The position numbers and the translations under genes are program-made. From contig JAUVNS010000006.1 of the NCBI GenBank assembly GCA_030599585.1, forward strand, positions 224,001 to 288,000: a stretch of DNA of 64,000 nucleotides. The letters are read 5' to 3'. The notes under the pieces are model-generated. The model ran no database searches. It saw only the letters and a program-made list of their open reading frames with translations, and was not told the DNA's origin. Source of the DNA: Promethearchaeota archaeon (lineage in GTDB: Archaea > Asgardarchaeota > Lokiarchaeia > Sigyniarchaeales > SOKP01). Below, in pieces: positions 53,427-61,703 of the stretch (position 1 is the stretch's first letter; the number at the start of each line of letters is the position of its first letter).

Positions 53427-53463
53427 TCTAACTTTAAAATTTTCTTCTTTATTGCCATAAATA

Positions 53464-53683
53464 TTTTAGCGATTATAACCTCTCTGCTAACAATTCTCAC
53501 ATTGGGTTGTGACACTTCAGCAAAGTGGAGAACATGTGCTTCTTAACCGAAGGATACATATAACGAAGCACATGTACATGAAGCGGCGCGAATTGCGCAC
53601 AACCTGGTGTCGTATGATTAGTAATTCCTCAACTACGGCGCAACGCCGGAGCATGAAAGCCAGAGACTATTATAATCCTAAAA
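53464..53683 (-). ncRNA. Retron msr-msd-like ncRNA, RT-proximal unit (A)
   Basis: Terminal pairing UCUCUG/CAGAGA, extended by GATTATAA/TTATAATC and TTTTAG/CTAAAA; hairpin CGGCG-UUG-CGCCG; variable stem ACATGTGCTTC/GAAGCACATGT (53532-53575). Confidence 0.8.
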
Positions 53684-53728
53684 AATTTTTAGTATAAATC
53701 ACCTCTAATCTTAGTATTTTAACTGAGT

Positions 53729-55193
53729 TTATTTTATAATCTTATTCGCTTCATTTATTAATTTTTGATATCTTTCAGAGTTTACACTTCTAACCCAAGA
53801 TGTCATTCCTGCTATCTCATTTTTTTTTTCCTTTGGTATTTCTTTACTTGTTTTTAACAGGATATTAGCATTATGAATTGCTGCTCTATAATTTTTAATC
53901 CATTTACGTGGTAGTCCTAGTTCCGAATTATTTAAAATGATTCCCGTAATTTTTTGTTGATTATTCTTTCTCAAGAAACGAGTTTTGGAATTGTTTATTT
54001 CAAAACCCTCTTCCTTTGTAATTTTATAAATCAGACCGCAGAATCTTCCTAAATTCACTTCCTTTTGGTCTTTCAATGAAAAACTTAAATCGTCAGCATA
54101 TCTCGAATAAGTAAGTCCAAATTTATCTGATAATCCTTTTAATCTTTTATCTAATCTTTGACATATTATATTGGTAATCATAGGGCTTGCAGGTGAACCT
54201 TGTGGTAATATTCTTTTTGTAGTAGCGACATATTTGGTGGTTCCTCTTACTTCAAATTGCCAACCGCTCACAGTAAGTACAGAGCATGGAAAGGAGTGAG
54301 GAAATGTGACCAGAATATCCAAATGAATGAAACATACCCCGAACTCTTTCAAATGTAAGAGTTGGGAAAAAATCTTTTAGGTCCATGTTTAATATTAGAA
54401 AAGGCTGTTTAGGATGAGAGTTAGCTCCAGTTATCACAGACTTACCTTGAATAAATCCATGTGCATATTTTGAGGGAGGAATAATTGATAAAATTTTGTC
54501 AAGAATAATCCTCTGTGAGTTTTTTAATAAAGATTTTGGAGCAGCGATTGACCTCGTCCCTCCAGTTCTTTTAGGAATCTTATATCGATAATAATGATCT
54601 ATGTCTACCACATCTCGGTGATAGGCAAGAAATCTAAGTTGCTTAAAATCGATATCGAGAAATCGATTCAGTTCATGTGCATCCTTTATAGTGGGAAGTT
54701 CGTTTTTCTTTAGCTTTTCTATATCTGTATCAAATCTATAGAGCATTGATGAATAACCCTTCCCAATGAAAACAATTTCTTCTTTTTTTTTCTTTTGCCA
54801 TGCTTCAGATCTTTCTTGTCTTTCTAACTCTTTTTGTCTTTTTCTCTCTTCACGCCGCTTAATTGATTCTAGCCACATTTCCTTAGCGATTTCTTTCCGA
54901 ATCTTATCAATGTCATACGTTCCACCATGTTCTTTCTTAAGATCCATTAGTTTTTTTTTTATTTTGCGTTTACTTGTATACAGCTCCGTAATCTGCGTAA
55001 TTAATTTATCTAAGTTATTCATTAATTTCTGTCTTTTCGTAAAATCCTCATTTGATTCGTTTTCTTGTTGATTATAGGGAGTTGGAAGATTTTTTGGCCA
55101 GAAACCATATTCTTGCATTTTCATAAAGGTAAATTGTTTTTTACCTAGTTGCTGTATTAACCTGCTATAATCACTTTTCGAGCTGTCAGTCAT
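53729..55193 (-). CDS. Retron-type reverse transcriptase (Mx162/type XIII-like), split by a 1-nt frameshift at 54254-54256
   Basis: ORF 54252-55193 has IPKRTGGTRSIAAP, AHGF, GANSH (region X-like) and DLKDFFP. ORF 53729-54352 has LPQGSPASP, YSRYADD and QKITG (region Y VTG-like). Removing one T from GCA ATT T GAA GTA restores a 487-aa frame. Confidence 0.92.
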
Positions 55194-56967
55194 CTACTCT
55201 CATAGCCTCCAATGACGATTCATCGTATCTTCTATTAGGAATAAGTGGTAATTCTAAATATGTAGAAGCATTAATGTATAAAGCTAAAATATGTTTGCAG
55301 GGAGCTGAAATATTTCTTGGACCACGTTTAAATGCTTTGCATCCACAATTAACCTTAACGATTTGTTTATCTTGATCAAGAGTTACCTCGGTATTAAATG
55401 TTTTATCTCGATACTGATATCTTCTACTTGTTGTTTGTGAAGAACTACTCTCAGCGATAGTTTCGAAATTCGCGGTTAATCTTAAATTGAACCTTTTCTC
55501 GGGTTTATTAATCTCATTCAATACATCTCTTTCTAATTGTGTAGTTTCATACAATTCTCTTGGTAATGGGATGTTTAAAAGTTGCCTATAACGGTAAACT
55601 TTACGGTTTAGGTCAAAATATGCCTCTCCTTTTCGAAATAAACTACCAATACTCGCTCTAATCTCTTGATCACTTGCACTTGATAATTCACTTTTAAGAG
55701 TTTCGAGTTCCATAACTCTATTTTTTTTTAATAAATTCCGCACGTTAGGATCTCCCTCTCCAATAAAACCGCCCATGATATTGAATGCTGTTCCTTTAAC
55801 CCAATCGTTAGAAGACCATGAGGTAAATCCAATTGTCATATTTAAGAAGCCTAGATCCGCAACTAAAAAATGAGGCATTCCAAATCCAAATAGTTTTAAT
55901 TTAAAGGATTTTGAGATCGGAATTATCTTTTCAACAATCAACCATCTTCTACGGCCCCAGATTCTCTCTATATGCTTTCTTTTTCCAGTATATATTGTAG
56001 ATAATTCTAATTCCTTTTCCCATGGTTCAAATATTATCTTTACTCGTTTTTTAGGTTCAAAAACCCACTTCATTGCCCTAGGGCTTTTTCTGGCTTTATT
56101 TCGTCTTAAAAATGAACATATATCATATAAATCTACAGGAGTCAGTTCTATTTCAAATCCGTCTAAACTAGCAGCAGCAGATACTTGATTAAAACCCTTT
56201 ATCCACGATTCGGGTAAATCTATTTTCTTTTCCACGTATTCAGGAGTAACCCCTGAATCTACAGTAATTCCTTCAGGATTAATTGACAATTCAACTTCAT
56301 TATACGTTCGAAACCTCTCCATCTCTTTTGCGAGTTTTATAGAGAAATCTACATTAGTAGTCCCTAATTTAGGAGTTCCTTTAATTTCAAACTCATCCAT
56401 TTTCACAGCTAGACATCCATATACTGACTCATCTAAAGAAAATGCTTCAAAGGAAACTTGATCGGGATGAACTGTTATTACAGGATCTAAAACATACCAG
56501 AGAGCCTGATCTCTATTGCGGATATAATGCCAAAATTGGCTCTCAATTTTATTATAATTCTGCCATATTCCCATATCATTAACTTTACTTTTCAAGCTCA
56601 TGATTTTAGAGCGGATTTCTAAGATGTTTTTATCTACATCATCAAGTTGGACTTTTAACGTATCCATATCACCTTGTAATTCCTTCCTCCAAGTTTTTAG
56701 AAAACCTTCTTTATGAATCATCCGTTTTTCAATCTCTTGATTAAACCAGGCAAAAAAATCGCCATAATCTTTTTTCCTAATTCTTGAATCTGATATTACA
56801 ATCTCTCTTAACATTAACATAGCATCTCTAAAAATTAATGGGTGCTTCAATCTTCCTACAAATGATACTTTCTCATCTCTAGTAAGATCGGGACTTAGAC
56901 CGAGAGTTATATAATCCTCAGATTGAAGGCAAACGGATGGACTTGTATACTGATAACTAATTTCCAT
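55186..56967 (-). CDS. SWIM zinc-finger protein (retron-associated, wHTH-SWIM type)
   Basis: C-terminal CGC-x13-CKH SWIM motif; coiled coil followed by LDPVITVHPD..FEAFSLDES.Y. Overlaps the RT start by 8 nt. Confidence 0.85.
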   Translation of the reverse strand: MEISYQYTSPSVCLQSEDYITLGLSPDLTRDEKVSFVGRLKHPLIFRDAMLMLREIVISDSRIRKKDYGDFFAWFNQEIEKRMIHKEGFLKTWRKELQGDMDTLKVQLDDVDKNILEIRSKIMSLKSKVNDMGIWQNYNKIESQFWHYIRNRDQALWYVLDPVITVHPDQVSFEAFSLDESVYGCLAVKMDEFEIKGTPKLGTTNVDFSIKLAKEMERFRTYNEVELSINPEGITVDSGVTPEYVEKKIDLPESWIKGFNQVSAAASLDGFEIELTPVDLYDICSFLRRNKARKSPRAMKWVFEPKKRVKIIFEPWEKELELSTIYTGKRKHIERIWGRRRWLIVEKIIPISKSFKLKLFGFGMPHFLVADLGFLNMTIGFTSWSSNDWVKGTAFNIMGGFIGEGDPNVRNLLKKNRVMELETLKSELSSASDQEIRASIGSLFRKGEAYFDLNRKVYRYRQLLNIPLPRELYETTQLERDVLNEINKPEKRFNLRLTANFETIAESSSSQTTSRRYQYRDKTFNTEVTLDQDKQIVKVNCGCKAFKRGPRNISAPCKHILALYINASTYLELPLIPNRRYDESSLEAMRVDD

Positions 56968-59931
56968 TTATATTACCTCCATTTTTATTTTAGCAAGAGC
57001 GACCAAGGCTCTTTCAGAATCTTTAATTATATTGGATCCTCCGATTTCAAGGAGAATTTCTTCAATAATATCACAGTTTTCTTTATTTCTAAAAACAAAC
57101 TCGGGAATGAGTTGATAAATCTTATCTTTACTTTTGGATTTGAGATTAGGTAAAAATATAAGCGTTTTGATATAATATAAAAAGATTTCACTATTTCCAT
57201 TTCCTAAATCATCTAAAATCCTATCAATCTTTTCCGAGATATATGACTTGATATCATGAGAAGCGTGTTCTAACATTTGGATAATTATGTTTTTAGGTAA
57301 TTTTTCTCCATATATCTCGTCTAACTTGTTTAATGCATAAGTAATTACTTTTTTTTCAGGAGAATCAATAAGAATTGATAACGTTCTATTAAAAGCTTCT
57401 TTAGGTAAACCCTCAAAAACATTAATTGCGATCTCATTAAGGGTGGCTATTTCAGACTCAAACATTAATTGGAGGGTAGTGTACCGCTCCTTTACTTGAT
57501 GAGTATTTCTTCTAACCATCTCTATCAACGTTCTAACCATTTCTGGCGGCCCTATTTCTAATATTTCTAGAATTTCACTATCAGAGGGCAACAATTTTGT
57601 TGAAAGCGCTCTTAGCATATAAAGGATGACCATTGAAGGAATTTTAGCTGAAAAATCAATTTCTATTTCCTTAATAATCATCAGTAAATCATCATAAGCA
57701 ACTGAGAAGATAAGATTCTGCAAATAATCTGAAGTCCATTCCGGAAGTGTGGACTCATGTATCAGTAGATCTATTATTAAATTTAATAATTTAGCGCGTT
57801 CATTCTGTGGTATCTCATTTACTTTGTTGGTTGATTTATTTAACTGATCTAAGATTTCTTCCGGTAATTCAACTTGTTTCTTAAAGAATGAGTAAATCTT
57901 AGCAATTAATGCTTCTACAAATTTAAAATAGTCAATTCCCTTTAATTCTCTTATTCGTTCTATTATAAATTCAAACCAATTCTCTACATTATTAAGTAAA
58001 AGCAAATCTACAACCATCTCAGGAGTGATCTTTCCTTTTGTTCTATCAAAATACGCCCATGCTTGTTCATGCAACGTATTATCAGAACATTCCATAAGAG
58101 CAAACATTAAATTATGATCAAATGTGTCAGCTTTTGTTAGTAAATTTGTTAATTTTTCTCTAAATAGATTTCTTAATCTAACATGCTTTGATAAAGAAAG
58201 TTCTACCATCAGTTTGGGGGGTAATTTTCCTAAAATGTTATCTAGGTCAGAACGAGCATTTATTAAATTAAAGCAGAAATCTAATACGTAATGGACCTCA
58301 CTTTCGGTTGCGATTTCTAAAACATCAGTGAAATATTTGTTCCAGAGTTCTAACTTCTTTTGATAGGTGTCAGCGGCTCTAATAGATTTAAAATCGATAC
58401 TATCAATTCGTGGGGTATCACGATAATAAGAATAATGACGGGATCTAGAGCGGATACGTGGTGCAGTAGTGTAGTATCTTAGAATCTCATTAATACTATC
58501 GGGAATTTGTCGGCCCGAAACTAAATCATAAGGCTTATAATTACTAAAAAAAGTTTTCACTGCTAGAATAAATAAATGCTCATCCCCTCGTGCTAATGAA
58601 TCAAGAGTTCTTCTCACATATCGATGAATATAGTTGTAAAACCCTTGATAACCGCTTGCGAGCATAAAATAGTAGAATTTTGGAGTATCAATGTAGTAAG
58701 CAAGGGTTCCGAGTAGATCAGGAGCTTTGTAGACCTCCGCTTCTTGGATTAGATTCTTAAACATAATGTGATTAAGTCTGAAACCATCACTTATATGGCT
58801 AGGGCTAAATTTTAATGTAGGACCGATTGCTCCCCATTCCTGATCCCCCCACTTTTTTACGTAATCATTATAAGAAGTATTTTTTTCTCGTTTCTCTAAA
58901 TAACGCCCAGCTCTTCCTCTTGGTTTATTACCATGTACAGGGATTAAATCAATTTTAGCAACAATATTTGTAATTTCTTTAATCCTATTTTCTTTTAAAG
59001 TAGAATCAATTGAGTTAAGGTATATTTGAGCACATCTCTTTACACCTTCAGCAAATTTAGGCTCGGACCATCTAAATGTGAAATTAACTATTTTACTTGC
59101 TTCTTCTTTTAAAATGGGATTTTTTATTTTAGCTAACTCTAAGAACAAACCAGATACAACACCCTCACCCCCAATTTCTACTATTTTTTCATATATTGAT
59201 TTTGGAGGTTTTTTTTCAACAAGATTTCTTAGGAATTTCTTTCTATTATAGAGACTTTGATTTGACATCAACTCAACGATTAAGTCTAAAAATACCTCGT
59301 CAGTTTTACTTAATTTTAATATTTCATTAGGATCCTTAGCAACCTTAAATTCTCCATTAAATACATCCCCCCTAATTTTATTTACTTTATCACGATAACT
59401 TAATTCTTTAAAATAAGGGAGAAAGAATTGATTTTCAGGACTCAAATTAATAAAGGAAGCTGCTTCTTTCAACTGTATTTCTCTGTAATATCCATGTCTT
59501 TGACTCTTATATTGTTTATATAAGCCTTTTCGATTTACTAGATACGAACGCCCTTTTACACGGCTTCTAGTACTATAATCATAATGTGATGGAGTGAGTA
59601 ATTTTAAATCTAAAAATGGGGGTAAATGTTCGTGATTTCCTTGAAGAATAGTATATCCAACATAGTTTACGTCCTCACTCAATAAATTATATTCACCAGG
59701 ACTTATTTCTGGCTTTAATTCTTCTTTTAAAGAATCATGATATTTCTCAATATCTTCTTGTGTAATTGTGATTCTACTACCTGAATCAATTTCGTGTGGA
59801 CCAAAAAGTATAGCGAAACTGGGATTCATTTTCTTATCCCAGCCCCAAAGTACTAATTTTCTAGTTGGATTATTTTGTTTTCCCCATCTTCGTCTTATTT
59901 GTTGAACTTTATCTATTACTGAATCATCCAT
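56968..59931 (-). CDS. Large alpha-helical (ARM/HEAT-repeat-like) retron-associated protein
   Basis: Leu-rich helical repeats in the C-terminal half (LMECSDNTLHEQA, LIDSPEKKVITYAL, MLEHASHDIK). Its stop directly abuts the SWIM ATG (TAAATG). Confidence 0.75.
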   Translation of the reverse strand: MDDSVIDKVQQIRRRWGKQNNPTRKLVLWGWDKKMNPSFAILFGPHEIDSGSRITITQEDIEKYHDSLKEELKPEISPGEYNLLSEDVNYVGYTILQGNHEHLPPFLDLKLLTPSHYDYSTRSRVKGRSYLVNRKGLYKQYKSQRHGYYREIQLKEAASFINLSPENQFFLPYFKELSYRDKVNKIRGDVFNGEFKVAKDPNEILKLSKTDEVFLDLIVELMSNQSLYNRKKFLRNLVEKKPPKSIYEKIVEIGGEGVVSGLFLELAKIKNPILKEEASKIVNFTFRWSEPKFAEGVKRCAQIYLNSIDSTLKENRIKEITNIVAKIDLIPVHGNKPRGRAGRYLEKREKNTSYNDYVKKWGDQEWGAIGPTLKFSPSHISDGFRLNHIMFKNLIQEAEVYKAPDLLGTLAYYIDTPKFYYFMLASGYQGFYNYIHRYVRRTLDSLARGDEHLFILAVKTFFSNYKPYDLVSGRQIPDSINEILRYYTTAPRIRSRSRHYSYYRDTPRIDSIDFKSIRAADTYQKKLELWNKYFTDVLEIATESEVHYVLDFCFNLINARSDLDNILGKLPPKLMVELSLSKHVRLRNLFREKLTNLLTKADTFDHNLMFALMECSDNTLHEQAWAYFDRTKGKITPEMVVDLLLLNNVENWFEFIIERIRELKGIDYFKFVEALIAKIYSFFKKQVELPEEILDQLNKSTNKVNEIPQNERAKLLNLIIDLLIHESTLPEWTSDYLQNLIFSVAYDDLLMIIKEIEIDFSAKIPSMVILYMLRALSTKLLPSDSEILEILEIGPPEMVRTLIEMVRRNTHQVKERYTTLQLMFESEIATLNEIAINVFEGLPKEAFNRTLSILIDSPEKKVITYALNKLDEIYGEKLPKNIIIQMLEHASHDIKSYISEKIDRILDDLGNGNSEIFLYYIKTLIFLPNLKSKSKDKIYQLIPEFVFRNKENCDIIEEILLEIGGSNIIKDSERALVALAKIKMEVI

Positions 59932-60039
59932 GATAGTAACTCATTTGGATTTTTATCAATATTTATGTTTTAGATAAAGGTTAATTTAAATTTTACGATG
60001 TAAATGTTTTCTAATTTTTGATAGAATAGAAGTAGGAAG

Positions 60040-60588
60040 TTAAATTCTGACTCTTTTTTCTTGTGAAATGTAATTAAAATTATTTGGCAGCTTGTTCATT
60101 ATAATTTGTAATTCTTCAAAAGAGATAGGATATAATTTATTATTGTCAACTCCAATATCATATTGTTTACCAACGGATTTGAGTTTACCGTGCGAATGAC
60201 CATATAATTGCCACGCATTAAAATGACTTTTATTCCAAACCCGCATAGCATAATGGCAAAGAGTAATTGATTGACCTTCAATTTTAATATCTTTAATACG
60301 AGACATTGAAGCACAATATTGCTCTGCAATTCTTATAACATCACTACTATCATGATTCCCGATAATAAAATGAATTTCAATATTTTTAAATTTTTCAAAA
60401 AAAAAATTGGCTTTTTGCTCGTTAAAGGTCAAATCTCCAAGAATGTATAACACATCCCCAGGAGTAACCTTTTCTTCAAGATTTTTTATTAATACCCTAT
60501 CCATCTCTTGAATATCCTCAAATGGACGACCAGTATATTTGATAATATTTTTATGAGAAAGATGATAGTCAGCTGTAAACCAAATCAA
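60040..60588 (-). CDS. Calcineurin-like metallophosphoesterase
   Basis: FTADYHLSH, LGD, GNHD, CHY, GHSH. Confidence 0.9.
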   Translation of the reverse strand: MIWFTADYHLSHKNIIKYTGRPFEDIQEMDRVLIKNLEEKVTPGDVLYILGDLTFNEQKANFFFEKFKNIEIHFIIGNHDSSDVIRIAEQYCASMSRIKDIKIEGQSITLCHYAMRVWNKSHFNAWQLYGHSHGKLKSVGKQYDIGVDNNKLYPISFEELQIIMNKLPNNFNYISQEKRVRI

Positions 60589-60878
60589 CGATTTTCACGT
60601 TTTTATATAATCTTATTTAAATCTAATATATATCTTTTATTTTTCAGTAATAAATGTTAAGGGTTTTATAACCACTCAATAACAACAAGAGTTAACTTAA
60701 GAATCAAACACTCTTTTAGAAGGAAATACTTAAAGTTGACAATTCAGTAAAAGCATAGATTTAAATAATATCTAGACAAATTTTTAATTTATAATATTGA
60801 CAAAAATTAATTCCAATACTATTTAATTTACAATTAGGTATTGATATCTAAGTATTAGAGTAAATTGAAAATATCACA

Positions 60879-61655
60879 TTGTTTATAGGTGAAAAAGGGA
60901 AGATTATGTTTTGTACAGAATGTGGATATAAGGCAATTAAAGGAGATTCAATTTGTAGATATTGTGGAACTCCTTTGAAAATTTCTACAAAAAAAAACGG
61001 ATATCCAGTTTCATTTACTAATGGTGGAATTACATTTAGCTTTAAAACAAATAGTGCTTATCAATTATTTCAAAAAAGTCAAGAATGTTTAACTAGAAAG
61101 GATTTTAATGGTTCTCTAGAAATTTTAAATAGCGTGTTGAGTAGTGAACCACGAAACCCAACTATACTTTCTCAGATAGGAATAACGTATTTTCTTCTCC
61201 GTAATTTCGACAAAGGAGTGGAGTATTGTAAAAAAGCAATTGAACAGGATTCAACTCAAATTTTACCATTAGAAACTCTCATGGAAGTATACGTAATTGA
61301 AGGAAAACCAGAAAAAGTTCAACATTGCTTTGAAAATTTAAAATCTTTAGGTGCAAAATACGTTTATGTTTTAAATGTAAGAGCGTCCAATTGTTTTAAA
61401 GATCAAAAACCTGAATTAGCCATAAATTGGTGGAAGAAAGCCCTAATTTTTGATCCTTTGAATCAAGAAATTATTTCAAAAGTTAATGCAGTTGCCGAAC
61501 AAGATTTTATGGACAAACATCTTAAAAAATTCGATAACGATTATTCAAAAGCATTAGAATTTTATAAACAAAAGTTAGAAAAGGATCCTAACGATGATTT
61601 CTATAAAAGAATGGTTTTATGGGCTGAGAAACGATCGTTAGGGTTAGAATATTAA
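60879..61655 (+). CDS. Zinc-ribbon + TPR protein
   Basis: FCTECG...ICRYCGTPL, then TPR helices. The true start may be the ATG at 60907. Confidence 0.8.
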   Translation: MFIGEKGKIMFCTECGYKAIKGDSICRYCGTPLKISTKKNGYPVSFTNGGITFSFKTNSAYQLFQKSQECLTRKDFNGSLEILNSVLSSEPRNPTILSQIGITYFLLRNFDKGVEYCKKAIEQDSTQILPLETLMEVYVIEGKPEKVQHCFENLKSLGAKYVYVLNVRASNCFKDQKPELAINWWKKALIFDPLNQEIISKVNAVAEQDFMDKHLKKFDNDYSKALEFYKQKLEKDPNDDFYKRMVLWAEKRSLGLEY

Positions 61656-61703
61656 CATTACTACAAAAAAAAGGTGGTTTTACTAATTAATACCCATAAT
61701 TAT

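Noticed and set aside
52938-53683. CRISPR array interpretation of the three repeats
   Set aside because: Units are about 190-220 nt with two conserved blocks flanking structured variable regions. They are not identical 25-45 nt repeats with unique spacers, and no cas genes are present.
52853-53697. ORFs 52853-53113, 53207-53515 and 53509-53697
   Set aside because: They overlap the structured units in inconsistent frames and strands. Shared peptides such as SQPNVRIVSR simply reflect the nucleotide repeat.
54252-54254. Selenocysteine or stop readthrough of the RT TGA
   Set aside because: In-frame continuation gives non-RT sequence that soon stops. The PQG/YADD motifs are in the +1 frame.
54255-54352. 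Independent start for the 207-aa RT C-terminal ORF
   Set aside because: Its first ~33 aa are the alternate frame of the upstream half. RT similarity begins only at the frameshift.
52938-55193. Diversity-generating retroelement or group II intron
   Set aside because: Differences between units are not adenine-specific, and no VR-bearing target or Avd is evident. The RT has retron region X/Y-like motifs, lacks a maturase/endonuclease domain and has no obvious domain V.
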